DNA of 60,263 nt from a virus (lineage: Duplodnaviria; Caudoviricetes). Made by a program: the position numbers and the translations under genes. Shown piece by piece: positions 8,728-18,327 of this stretch. The notes beneath the pieces are model-generated. The model did no database searches. It was given only the letters and a program-made list of their open reading frames with translations, and was not told the DNA's origin. Numbering within the stretch: the stretch's first letter is position 1; each line of letters starts with the position of its first letter. The DNA lies in the IMG/VR virus record IMGVR_UViG_3300039002_000009, positions 1 through 60,263 of that record; one strand, written 5' to 3'.

Positions 8728-9069
8728 ATGGATTGCCGGTACTTCCACGGAGACCATTCTTATTCCCCATCGGAGTGTGACCGGCGTTTCTGCCATGAAG
8801 TCTTAGGACCATCGAGCCGTCTTCGAGAAGTTCCTCTCCCGCTCCGCATGGATCCTGCTTTGTGCGATCACGAGATGGAGATGTACTATGTCCGCTACTC
8901 CGCCAAGGTGATTCGCCGAATGGTGGGGAGCCGGATGGTTCTGTTGGAGGACGGACGATTGGCTTTGGCGGATCAGGCATTTGCCGTGTGCAAGCGGTGC
9001 GGTGTGGTCCAGTATTATCACGAGAGGCTCGGGATGGTGACGTGCTGTCCCATTGACGTGGAGATTTGA
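8728..9069 (+). CDS. hypothetical protein
   Basis: In-frame ATG after the previous stop, Cys motifs. Confidence 0.55.
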   Translation: MDCRYFHGDHSYSPSECDRRFCHEVLGPSSRLREVPLPLRMDPALCDHEMEMYYVRYSAKVIRRMVGSRMVLLEDGRLALADQAFAVCKRCGVVQYYHERLGMVTCCPIDVEI

Positions 9070-9070
9070 C

Positions 9071-9280
9071 ATGGGCTGGTTTAATGGATGGTTCCATTTC
9101 TGCACTAGCCATACGGAATGGGGTCCTTTAGAGAAGACTGCGGTAGCGGGTTATAATAGTGATTGTAGGCCATTATGTGTTGTGATGAGGCGCTTCCGTC
9201 AGGAAGGGCGATGTTCTGTGTGCAAAAAGATATTCATTCGATATGTTGACAAAAAGATTGATCCCCCAGAGGAGGTATGA
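9071..9280 (+). CDS. small hypothetical protein
   Basis: GGAG RBS, CSVC motif. Confidence 0.55.
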   Translation: MGWFNGWFHFCTSHTEWGPLEKTAVAGYNSDCRPLCVVMRRFRQEGRCSVCKKIFIRYVDKKIDPPEEV

Positions 9281-9281
9281 C

Positions 9282-10091
9282 ATGGATGTTCCAGACATGA
9301 TTGTAAATTGGTGGCTGAAGATCTTTGGATGGGTTCCATCGTGGATGTTGCCGGCTATCCCCGCCCCGGGTCCAGGCAAGATCCCATGCTACATCTTGTC
9401 GGGCCAGTCCAATGCTGCAGGCGCACCAGAGAGTTCTGGGCTCACACCAAAACAGGCGGCCATAACCTCGGGATGGGGGATCTTCGCAGATGGGACTGCG
9501 GTAGACCCCGCTAAGAAGCATGTCTGGTGCATGGGGGTGGAACCAGGATTCGGTGCCGATGCAACAAAGTTTGGGCCTGAAGTCGGGTTTGCACAGGTCA
9601 TGAAGCCTGCCTTCAATACGGGTCTGATTATCAAGTTCACGGCACCTGGGATGGGTCTAGAGCAATACTTCCTCTCACCCTCCGGAGGAGGAGCAAAGGA
9701 GGGTTATGTTAGGCTACTCAGGACCATTCGGGATGCCTTCAACCCCGCCAATGCCTACCTCGCGGGGGTGATCTGGATGCAGGGCGAAACAGATGCCACA
9801 GCCCTCAATACTGCGAACGACTACGCCAAGAACCTCATGTGTCTCATATCAGACCTAAGACGAGACACAAAGTACCCTAGCCTTCGTTTCGTGATAGGCA
9901 AGATTCATACATCGCCTTACTGGCCTTTCGCATACATCGTTCGGGCAACACAGGATTCAGTGGCCAAGGTGTGCGCCAATGTAAAGGATTTTGAAACTGA
10001 GGACCTAGCCTTGGGAGCGGATAACGCTCATTTCAATGCTCAGAGTGAGTATATTTTGGGTGTGAGGTTCGCGGAGGCCATGCTTGCCTAA
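9282..10091 (+). CDS. SASA/DUF303 sialate O-acetylesterase-like SGNH hydrolase
   Basis: GQSN nucleophile motif, FGPEVGFA, WMQGETD and DNAH catalytic motif. Confidence 0.85.
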   Translation: MDVPDMIVNWWLKIFGWVPSWMLPAIPAPGPGKIPCYILSGQSNAAGAPESSGLTPKQAAITSGWGIFADGTAVDPAKKHVWCMGVEPGFGADATKFGPEVGFAQVMKPAFNTGLIIKFTAPGMGLEQYFLSPSGGGAKEGYVRLLRTIRDAFNPANAYLAGVIWMQGETDATALNTANDYAKNLMCLISDLRRDTKYPSLRFVIGKIHTSPYWPFAYIVRATQDSVAKVCANVKDFETEDLALGADNAHFNAQSEYILGVRFAEAMLA

Positions 10092-11655
10092 CGATCACAA
10101 TGTCCCTGCCCTGGAGGGGCTGGAGCTGGGTAAGACCATCCTGGCGCGGGAGGCAGAGTCGGCATTCCTAACAACAGGGATCGCCAAGACTCCCTATGAT
10201 CCTCAACGCGAGATTCTAAACTCTACACAGAAGATCCTGGCATTTCTGGGAGCGAACCAGTCAGGAAAGACTCATACTGGTGTCATTAAAATGGCCTGGG
10301 ATGCAACAGGGTTATACCCTGAATGGTATCACGGAAGGCGAACAACCAGAGGGATTGACGCATGGATCATGGGGAAGACGGCTGAAAACACCCGTGATAC
10401 AGCTCAAAAAAAATTATTTGGCTCTAATATTGATAAGCCGGGATGGACAGATAAGCCTGGGCAAGAGGCTTTGATCGGCCAGAAGTATATCCTCGCGAAG
10501 CCTACGCGGAAGCCTGTCCCCGGAGCCTTCGATACGGTTCTTGTGAAGCATGTCCCGAGCGATACTACATCTCGACTGATGTTCAAGTCTCACCAGATGG
10601 ATACGGTAGCCCTGGCCTCTTGGTCTGGTGACCGAGTGCTCGTGGATGAGGAGTGCCCAAAGGAGGTTCTGGATGAACTCATCGCCCGTGTATCGGTTTC
10701 GGATGGGCAGATCTTCATAACGTTATGTCCTTTGGATGGGCTAACGCCACTCGTGAAATGGATCATGGAGATGGCAGAGCGGCATCCAAGCTTGCTCAAG
10801 CTCTGCTATCTCACATACGATGACGCACAGCACCTTGATCCTACTGTGAAAGCTGCGAACAGGGCATTGTGGTCTTCTAACCCGGCGATGATGGCGGCTC
10901 GAACCGAGGGAAGAGCTGTAAGCAACCACGGTCTCATTTTCCCGTTCGCGATCGCTGATATCACCTACGATCCGACCCAGATCATCATCCCTGACCACTG
11001 GCCTCGTCTAGGTGGACTCGATGTAGGCTTCCGACATCCAACTGCGGCTGTAGCCACCGCTTTGGACCTCGCCTCAGATACCGCCTACGTCTATGCCAGC
11101 TACGAACGTGCAGAGATGCCCTACGGCTATCACCATGGCCAGCTCTTGAACTGGGGCCAGAACATGACGTTCATGATCGACCCCGCCTCGGATCAGGTTT
11201 CTCAAGCCGACGGGAAGACCATCCTCCAAGGTCTCTGGTCCTTGACTCATGGCCAGCCTGACATCGATGGCGAAGGCGGATACATGGCCATCGAAGAAAC
11301 CAAGCGTAAGTATATCAAGGCTAACAATTCATTCGCCGAGTCTCAGGATGCGATGTGGCATCGTTTCGGATCCCGGCGTCTTCTGATCTCTAGAGTCCTG
11401 AAATCCTTACTAGATCAGTATGGTTCCTATGCCTGGAACACGGATGGGAACGGCCCGAAGCGTGAGACTCCAGCTCTCCGCTACGATATCATCACGTCCC
11501 TCCGCTACTGCACGCTTGGCCTGGCTCAATATGCCCACCGGCTCAATGCGATCCCGCCCTGGCAGGAAGTCGAGGAGTGGGAGGATGTGCCGCAGGTCAA
11601 GGAATGGAAAAAATATCGCGCCGGCGAAGGCGGTCAGGGGCAGGTCCTCCGGTAG
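10084..11655 (+). CDS. terL: terminase large subunit
   Basis: Walker A GANQSGKT, Walker B VLVDEE, TLCPLDG, nuclease GLDVG.RHPTA and DIITSLRY. Confidence 0.95.
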   Translation: MPNDHNVPALEGLELGKTILAREAESAFLTTGIAKTPYDPQREILNSTQKILAFLGANQSGKTHTGVIKMAWDATGLYPEWYHGRRTTRGIDAWIMGKTAENTRDTAQKKLFGSNIDKPGWTDKPGQEALIGQKYILAKPTRKPVPGAFDTVLVKHVPSDTTSRLMFKSHQMDTVALASWSGDRVLVDEECPKEVLDELIARVSVSDGQIFITLCPLDGLTPLVKWIMEMAERHPSLLKLCYLTYDDAQHLDPTVKAANRALWSSNPAMMAARTEGRAVSNHGLIFPFAIADITYDPTQIIIPDHWPRLGGLDVGFRHPTAAVATALDLASDTAYVYASYERAEMPYGYHHGQLLNWGQNMTFMIDPASDQVSQADGKTILQGLWSLTHGQPDIDGEGGYMAIEETKRKYIKANNSFAESQDAMWHRFGSRRLLISRVLKSLLDQYGSYAWNTDGNGPKRETPALRYDIITSLRYCTLGLAQYAHRLNAIPPWQEVEEWEDVPQVKEWKKYRAGEGGQGQVLR

Positions 11656-11733
11656 ACCCCCTAAAGGGTAAGCCCTTGCGGAGTTAGAAGATTTATCTCA
11701 CCCTGGAGTGGGTAATGTTTACCCTTGGGGGAG

Positions 11734-14670
11734 ATGCAGATGGCCGAACCCATGCAAGGACTTGGAGGGCTACTCCCAGCTCGCTTGCCTTCGGCCCCGG
11801 CACCCAATGCCGTCATGTCAGTCGGTCCCCCGAATTATGGTCCTGGTGCCCCGCCTCCTCCCGAGACGCCTCCTATTGAAGAGGCGATGCCTGCGATACC
11901 CGAGGAAACCGAGGTCGGGAAACTCATCGGTCAGTTCAATCTTGAGATCGAGTTGGCTGACCAGGGACGGCAACCGAAGGAATGGAAGTGGATCAAGATC
12001 GAGAAGTATCTGGCGGGCAAGGATGTCCAGGATGCCGAACCCGGATATGAGGAAAGCAAGTTCTTCTATCGGCGCCTCCCCCGCCTAACCCAGATCGGGA
12101 AAGAGAAACTATTCAAGCATGTGTGCCCCCTACATGGGAGGCCCTGGGAAGTCCGTTCCTCGCCTCGCCATAACCAGAATGTGAAGCAGGACGTTCAGAA
12201 CAAGAACGTGAGCTGGCTCAGGGAAAATATTGAGGATGTCCATGAGTCGATGGAACTCGAAACCTTCCTGGATGACACCTGCGAATTCCTATCTAACCTT
12301 GGGACTGGCGTCGTCTATGGCCCGATCAGTCTCTCGAATCCCCATCTCCGTTGGCAGAATGGCGAAGAAGAGATCGAGGCCCAGGACAAGCGCAAGCCTA
12401 TGTGGCAGGTTTATGACCCGAAGCGGGTCTACCCTGATCCTAACGGGAAGAAGGTTGAAGACCTGGAGTATGTTCATTTCCATCATGTCTTGAGCCGGCA
12501 TCAGATCCGGTCCTTGATGGATGACAAGAGTTTCATCAAAGAGCAACTGGGTGACTTGCTCGCCACGATGAAGGTAGGCAACTGGGCGGGGAATCTCAAG
12601 AAGTGGGAAGTCATCCCCTTCCCCACGAATATCACGGGTTCTGCGCTAGACCGGTACCTTGTCTGGAAGCGTGTCGGATTCCTAAGTGAAGAAGCCCTGA
12701 AGGCTTTGGGCGAGAAGAATCTCGGCAAGGAACTGGAGGGTTTCGAAGCCCTGGACAAGGATCAGCGTCTCGCACTCACGGAATCGCTTTGGGAAATCTG
12801 GTTCTGCGATAAGTTCATCCTGAAGGTGGCCAAGCGCAAGTTCCAGCCCAACAAGCTCCCGGTCTACTTCATCCCCTTCCGGCGTGATCCGACCTCCATC
12901 TTTGGCATCGGCATTGGTGAAGCCGCGCTTGAAGTCGTGGAGATGCTGATCAACATCACGCGCTCCATCGATGACGCGCTGGCTGACACCTCTGGCTTCC
13001 AGGCGATGATTGACGCGGGGGCCATTGAGAACAAGGACCTAACGGTTCGTGGCCGCAAGACCTGGATCTATCGCAACAAGGGGACCTCTCGCAAGGAAGG
13101 GCCTTCCGGACGGCCCATAGAATTCTTCGCTGTCCCGAGCAACATGGAGCACCTGCTCGCGTGCTTCAAGACGTTCGAGGCGATGCTCCCCGTGGTGACC
13201 GGCATCATGGAGATGACGACCGGAGCCGATCTTGGGTCTGGGGTCCGCACAGACCAGATGATGAACGACATTTGGGCCAGCCTTGAGGAATTTCTCCGGA
13301 GCACGGTCGGCAATGTGGACCGCTACTGGTGGAAGCCCCATCTTCATGATGCTTATGCCTGGATCAAGGCTTACGATCCTGAATGGCCGGCGCATCAGAT
13401 TGAGGCTGATCTTGTGGTATCCGGTGTGCGTGGTGCTCTCCGGCGAGAGCTGGTTGGCCGGAAACTCAAAGATCTCTACGCTACGCTGCATCAGTTCGGA
13501 ATGCCGGATTGGTTTGATGAAATCGAACTCATCCGCGCCATCGTGGAAGGCATCGGTCTTGAATCCGAGAAGGCTGTGCTCACGGCAGATCAGTACGTCG
13601 AGAAACAGGCGCTCAAGGCGAAACAGACCGAACTCATGGCCAAGGCTGGCGCAGCTCCGCAGAATGCCGAGAACGACAAGGAGCGTGCCCACACCTCTGC
13701 TCGCGATGCGATCATCGAGTCCTTCAAGTCCTTGATGACGGCCAACCCGAATGATCCAGCGACAATCCCTCTCTTGGAGAGAATCTTTAAGCTTACGGGT
13801 CAGCTTGATGAGAAGGCGCAGATTGCGCTTACAATCCGTGCCCGTATGCTGGCTCAAGCCTATGAAGCTCAAGGCGTGGCTTCGAAGGAAGAAGAAACCC
13901 GTCTCGCGGCAGATGTGAAGCCCGATTCCCCACTCGATGTGCCCAAGAAGCCTTTCGATAAGGAAGCAGCGAAGCAGGACACCGAGATGGTGGCCGTCAA
14001 CCCGCAAGAGAAAGCCCAGCTTGTCGCTAATGGCGGAGCGGGCGCTATTAATCCTGAAACGGGAGTCCGGCATTTCTACCAGGCTGAAGGTAGCGGTGGA
14101 GATGGGGATGACAAGAGTAAAACCAAGGATAAAGGGACTGAAGAGAAGGGCGAAGGTAACGAAGAGGGGCCACAAGGTCCATCTGCTCCATCAGGACCAT
14201 CCCCAGCCAAGACAGAGGGAACTCCTGAAGGTATTGCCCCCAATATGGCCCAAGAGTCCAGAATCCAAAGGCAACAAGCTCTTTCGACAGGCGCTGAGGC
14301 CATCCAGAAAGAGGCTACGACCGCAGCTACCGAAGCAGCCAAGCCCATTCTCTCAAATCAGCCGTCTGTTCGGGGCATAGTGACTGGGGCCTTGGATCCC
14401 AGCAAGCCGATCGTTGGGAGGATCAAGGACATCCTTCAGGCGGGGATTGCCTCTGAGAAGGCTGAATCCGGTGTATATGGCAAATACCATGCTGAAAAAG
14501 TTGCCGATCCGACTCAGACTCGTTCACCTGAAGGCGGTCAGTCACCATCGGGGACGCCTCTCCCGCCGATGCCTCCTGGATGGGGAATCGGAGAGGATGA
14601 AGAGACGCGCCGGCGGACATGGGAAGCCCATTATCGGAGAACTCAGAGTTTCGGAGGGTCTGACACATGA
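11734..14670 (+). CDS. portal protein with long C-terminal extension
   Basis: Follows TerL. VYPDP and FGIGIGE...INITRSIDD motifs of podovirus portals. Confidence 0.85.
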   Translation: MQMAEPMQGLGGLLPARLPSAPAPNAVMSVGPPNYGPGAPPPPETPPIEEAMPAIPEETEVGKLIGQFNLEIELADQGRQPKEWKWIKIEKYLAGKDVQDAEPGYEESKFFYRRLPRLTQIGKEKLFKHVCPLHGRPWEVRSSPRHNQNVKQDVQNKNVSWLRENIEDVHESMELETFLDDTCEFLSNLGTGVVYGPISLSNPHLRWQNGEEEIEAQDKRKPMWQVYDPKRVYPDPNGKKVEDLEYVHFHHVLSRHQIRSLMDDKSFIKEQLGDLLATMKVGNWAGNLKKWEVIPFPTNITGSALDRYLVWKRVGFLSEEALKALGEKNLGKELEGFEALDKDQRLALTESLWEIWFCDKFILKVAKRKFQPNKLPVYFIPFRRDPTSIFGIGIGEAALEVVEMLINITRSIDDALADTSGFQAMIDAGAIENKDLTVRGRKTWIYRNKGTSRKEGPSGRPIEFFAVPSNMEHLLACFKTFEAMLPVVTGIMEMTTGADLGSGVRTDQMMNDIWASLEEFLRSTVGNVDRYWWKPHLHDAYAWIKAYDPEWPAHQIEADLVVSGVRGALRRELVGRKLKDLYATLHQFGMPDWFDEIELIRAIVEGIGLESEKAVLTADQYVEKQALKAKQTELMAKAGAAPQNAENDKERAHTSARDAIIESFKSLMTANPNDPATIPLLERIFKLTGQLDEKAQIALTIRARMLAQAYEAQGVASKEEETRLAADVKPDSPLDVPKKPFDKEAAKQDTEMVAVNPQEKAQLVANGGAGAINPETGVRHFYQAEGSGGDGDDKSKTKDKGTEEKGEGNEEGPQGPSAPSGPSPAKTEGTPEGIAPNMAQESRIQRQQALSTGAEAIQKEATTAATEAAKPILSNQPSVRGIVTGALDPSKPIVGRIKDILQAGIASEKAESGVYGKYHAEKVADPTQTRSPEGGQSPSGTPLPPMPPGWGIGEDEETRRRTWEAHYRRTQSFGGSDT

Positions 14671-14921
14671 ACGCCGTTTCGGAATCCGGGCGCAATGCCT
14701 TCATCGAGAAGTATGGAGTAGAGCCCGAATATCTTCTTCCCGCTATGAAGGATGACCGCATTCGTGTGGTTCTCCACCATCTTTACCTGGACGCTATGGA
14801 AGATTTGCGTGAATGCAATCTAAAGGAAGACGGGGAACGAATTCAAGGAGAAGCAGTAGCCTACTGGAATCTTTTAAACATCCAGAAGGAGATTGAAAAC
14901 ATCATTGGCAAGCAAGAATGA
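14667..14921 (+). CDS. small head-region protein
   Basis: 84 aa, RIQGEAVAY motif, between portal and scaffold. Confidence 0.7.
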   Translation: MNAVSESGRNAFIEKYGVEPEYLLPAMKDDRIRVVLHHLYLDAMEDLRECNLKEDGERIQGEAVAYWNLLNIQKEIENIIGKQE

Positions 14922-14976
14922 CCACGTCTTTCTGGTCGCCGGCATTCCGCCGGTCCCAGGTGGTTCGGAGTAACAC

Positions 14977-16137
14977 ATGTCACCTAAACCAAACCAGCCT
15001 ATCTCAGATCATGACCAGGCTCATGTGGATCTGCTGAAGTCCGTAGGGCTTGAGCTAGATCCTGTAACCATGCGGCCTAGGGTGGTAGATGAGAAGGCGT
15101 TCCAGGGCGTGACGAAGCCGTCGGATGGGATTCCCGAACCAGTGTCCGGCTCCCAGACCGTTACCGTGCTCCCGTCTGCCGAACCCATCGAGATCGAAGA
15201 GGAAGAGATTCCAGCCGTTCCTCCGGTTCCCATTGAACCGGAATCAACGGAATCTCTACCTCCCAAAAAGCCCGAGGGTGAAGAAAAGCGCCTGCAAGAC
15301 ACCCGTGAGGCGCAACAGAAACTCAGCAAGCTGGACAAGAAGATCCAGGATAAGGAAGCCGCGCTGAATAAGCTCAGCGATGACATTACCCGGAAACAGT
15401 CCGCACTTGAAGATCAGATCAATAAGTTGGCGGCTCTCCAGGCAACATCGGGCGGTATCTATCCTGAACATCTTGATCCTGCGGACGCTGAGACGGTTGC
15501 GAACTTCCGCAAGGAATATCCGGAAGCGGTAAGCGTGATGGAGGCGGTTGTTGCCCCCGTTTACGATGCCCTCTCTAAACTTTCCGAGCGGGTCAATGGG
15601 TTATTGCAGCAGTGGGGAGAGCAGGTCAGCAAGCAGCGTGAAACCGAAATCCTTGAAGGGGTCTATCAAAAGATCCCGAAAGAGCGTGTTGATCAGATTG
15701 TCAAGAGCGATGATTTTGGCGAATGGCTCGCGGGTAAACCAGAGCGGAAGCGCTTACTCTACATCGACATTTTGAACAATACGACCAAGGGCGGGTACAC
15801 GTCTGCCGATGCACTGGATGTCTTCGATGAGTTTTCGAAAGACACCGGCGTCAAGCTGATCACAAACGGGAAGGCTCCCCGGCGCGAAACGCCTCCCATG
15901 GACGAGACCCCTCGATTGAGAACAGGTAGTGCTTTGCCGACTGCCGCTCCTCCGGCCCCGGCTCGTCCGAATCCCTCCAATGAACTTGCTCCCCTGTCTC
16001 TTCAGGAAGCAGCCAACTTCAAGTATCTCCTTGAAGAGGCTCCTACTTTAGAGGCGAGGAACATCTTACTTCAACGTCTCTCCCTAACCCAACTTTCTGG
16101 CGATGCAACCAAACGACCTCAAAGTGTCATGCATTAG
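14977..16137 (+). CDS. capsid scaffolding protein
   Basis: Acidic Pro-rich N-terminus and a coiled coil, directly before the capsid gene. Confidence 0.75.
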   Translation: MSPKPNQPISDHDQAHVDLLKSVGLELDPVTMRPRVVDEKAFQGVTKPSDGIPEPVSGSQTVTVLPSAEPIEIEEEEIPAVPPVPIEPESTESLPPKKPEGEEKRLQDTREAQQKLSKLDKKIQDKEAALNKLSDDITRKQSALEDQINKLAALQATSGGIYPEHLDPADAETVANFRKEYPEAVSVMEAVVAPVYDALSKLSERVNGLLQQWGEQVSKQRETEILEGVYQKIPKERVDQIVKSDDFGEWLAGKPERKRLLYIDILNNTTKGGYTSADALDVFDEFSKDTGVKLITNGKAPRRETPPMDETPRLRTGSALPTAAPPAPARPNPSNELAPLSLQEAANFKYLLEEAPTLEARNILLQRLSLTQLSGDATKRPQSVMH

Positions 16138-16173
16138 GCCCAGAAGGGGAGAGCCAGCTAAAGGACAACTACA

Positions 16174-17181
16174 ATGGCCGATATTAATACCCAGCTTGAT
16201 CTAACTTACGGCATCGGTGCGACCGTAAGCCGATCCGGCTCTCCCTCTGGTGGCGTTACCGACGCCTCCCAGCCTTATCTTATTGAGAACATCGTGGAAG
16301 GTCTGGCCATGGAAATCATGCGCCGGGAATCCTTTCTGAATCGCATCTGCAACACGCAGGCGATGAAGAAGCTGACCGAATTCGGTCAGATGATTACCTT
16401 CCGCGTCCTCAATCCTCCTGCCGTGAAAGCCTACACGGTGAACCAGAAGCTCGTCGTTGATACTGTCACTGGTACCAACTTCTCGCTGACCGTGGACAAT
16501 TCCTGGTACAGCTATCCCGTGATCGATCCTATCGATCTCAAGCAGATCAATGTGGACCTGCTCGGGAATCTGGCCCGGATGATGGCCGATGCCCATGCCG
16601 AAAACGAATACTCCATCGTAGTGGCTGCAATGATCACTGCGATCTTCGGCGCGACCCAGATGGCTTACCATGGCCAGACTCCCGGAACGGTTGCTTATGG
16701 TGGGGCTACTCCCATCAACCCCGTTTCGACGGATCGCACGGACAGCGACTACATCATCAAGTACTTCCTCAGCGCTCAGAAGCGCTACAACCAGATGGCC
16801 GTTCCCAAGAAGGGCCGCTATGCTCTCGTCAATTCCGACGTGAACGAGATCCTGCTTCTGTCGGATCAGTTCACTTACAACATCGGCGGAGAGGGCAACA
16901 AGAAGCTGATCGAAGAGGGCGAGGGTTCCATTCGTGTTGCCGGCTTCGATATCTATGTTACCGATGAAATTCCGACCACGACCTACGGTGGCGTTGCCAA
17001 CATCGCCCAGGTCATCTTGGGCCACCAGAATGGAGCTGCGTTCGTTCGCCAGCTCCTCGAAACTGAAATTGGTTTCAAGCTTCAGGATCAGATGGGCCGT
17101 GCCATGCGGACGCTCGATGTCTTCGGCTTCGGGCTTTCGGATAGCCGTCTCATGGGGTACCTGCCGCTGAAGGTCGCATAA
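16174..17181 (+). CDS. major capsid protein (HK97 fold)
   Basis: 335 aa, VPKKGRYALVN and G.IRVAGFDIYVTDEIP motifs, strong codon bias. Confidence 0.9.
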   Translation: MADINTQLDLTYGIGATVSRSGSPSGGVTDASQPYLIENIVEGLAMEIMRRESFLNRICNTQAMKKLTEFGQMITFRVLNPPAVKAYTVNQKLVVDTVTGTNFSLTVDNSWYSYPVIDPIDLKQINVDLLGNLARMMADAHAENEYSIVVAAMITAIFGATQMAYHGQTPGTVAYGGATPINPVSTDRTDSDYIIKYFLSAQKRYNQMAVPKKGRYALVNSDVNEILLLSDQFTYNIGGEGNKKLIEEGEGSIRVAGFDIYVTDEIPTTTYGGVANIAQVILGHQNGAAFVRQLLETEIGFKLQDQMGRAMRTLDVFGFGLSDSRLMGYLPLKVA

Positions 17182-17189
17182 CCTTTCCC

Positions 17190-17229
17190 GCAGTCGTGGG
17201 GAGAGTGGCGATCCATTCTCCCCATCCTG
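17190..17229 (+). terminator. long stem-loop after the capsid gene (terminator or processing site)
   Basis: TGGGGAGAGTGG-CGAT-CCATTCTCCCCA, with no clear U-tract. Confidence 0.55.
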
Positions 17230-17246
17230 CACTTTACGAGGTTCAC

Positions 17247-17627
17247 ATGTCACAAAATGCAATGCAGGTAGACTATCCAGCGCTCGCCGAAAAGACCGTG
17301 GCGATCACATACCCGAGTACTCCCAAACGGCCTCCTCTTTTCCGGAAGGATTATCTCGACTATGAGCGATTGTGGATCGGGATAGTTAAAGAAGGCCACA
17401 ACAACAAGGACTGCAAGCTCATCGTCGAAGATTCCGATGAGGGCCGTGCATTGTTGACTGGCGAGGCCCCCAAGGTTTTGACCTCTGACTACCTCCAGCT
17501 CCTTGGCGAGGATGAGATCAAGACCTATGCGACCAAATACAAGGTTCGCATCACGGCAAAGAGCACCAAGAATTCTCTGATTCTTGGGATTCTCCGGGCC
17601 ATCGAAGAGGGGGAAGCTGGAGAGTAG
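17247..17627 (+). CDS. hypothetical protein with small helical (Rho-N/SAP-like) C-terminus
   Basis: EIKTYATKYKV..TAKSTKNSLILGIL. Confidence 0.65.
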   Translation: MSQNAMQVDYPALAEKTVAITYPSTPKRPPLFRKDYLDYERLWIGIVKEGHNNKDCKLIVEDSDEGRALLTGEAPKVLTSDYLQLLGEDEIKTYATKYKVRITAKSTKNSLILGILRAIEEGEAGE

Positions 17628-17646
17628 TAGCCTCAGCGGGGTAACC

Positions 17647-18327
17647 ATGACCATTGCCTTTTCGCAAATTCAAGACCGGATTCTCCCCATGCGTGGGGAT
17701 ATCAAGGATCGTCGTGGACTCATGGCGTTTCAGGTTGCCGCGAGAAGGCTGGCTGTCGAGACGTTGGGGCTCCAAGAGGAAGTGACATTCACGGTGACGG
17801 CCAATACAGTTATCACCACACTTGTTTATCCTCCTGATCAACCCAAAGAAAGTCTCTACATCTTTAAAGCGGAATGGCTGAAGTCTGATGGTGTGACGTT
17901 TGAGCCGATTCGCATCTACAATCAAGATGCGCTGAAGGAACTCACACACCATACCCATAACAACCCTGGCGAAATGAAGGGGTATACCTCCGACCAGGGA
18001 CGCTTCTATCCAAACCGTCCGCCCGCAGTTGACACCCAGGTTCGAGCGATCGTTGCCTACAAACCGACTGGCGACTTCGACGAAGTTGACTTTGGGCATG
18101 AATTCGAGGATGCGCTCGTAGAGGGCGCTTTATCGTATTTCATGCGCCTCCCTGGACCCGACAAGGACATGTTCTCTGCCGAGTTATCCGAGAGGCGCTT
18201 CCTATCTGAAGCCAGTGCCCTCCGAGGAATGGTCCTCATTGGGGATGTTGGCTATCTCCGTGCTTCCGTGAAACCTCGCAAACATCATTTTGGGGGGTTC
18301 ATGGGGCAAGACAAACTGAGGTTCTAG
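17647..18327 (+). CDS. head-tail adaptor-like protein
   Basis: Position, plus the YPNRPP...IVAYKPT...FEDALVEGALSYFMRLPG pattern. Confidence 0.65.
   Translation: MTIAFSQIQDRILPMRGDIKDRRGLMAFQVAARRLAVETLGLQEEVTFTVTANTVITTLVYPPDQPKESLYIFKAEWLKSDGVTFEPIRIYNQDALKELTHHTHNNPGEMKGYTSDQGRFYPNRPPAVDTQVRAIVAYKPTGDFDEVDFGHEFEDALVEGALSYFMRLPGPDKDMFSAELSERRFLSEASALRGMVLIGDVGYLRASVKPRKHHFGGFMGQDKLRF

Noticed and set aside
13039-17262. Long antisense ORFs (13039-14175, 16201-17262)
   Set aside because: They are shadows of the codon-biased portal and capsid genes, with no RBS or recognisable motifs.
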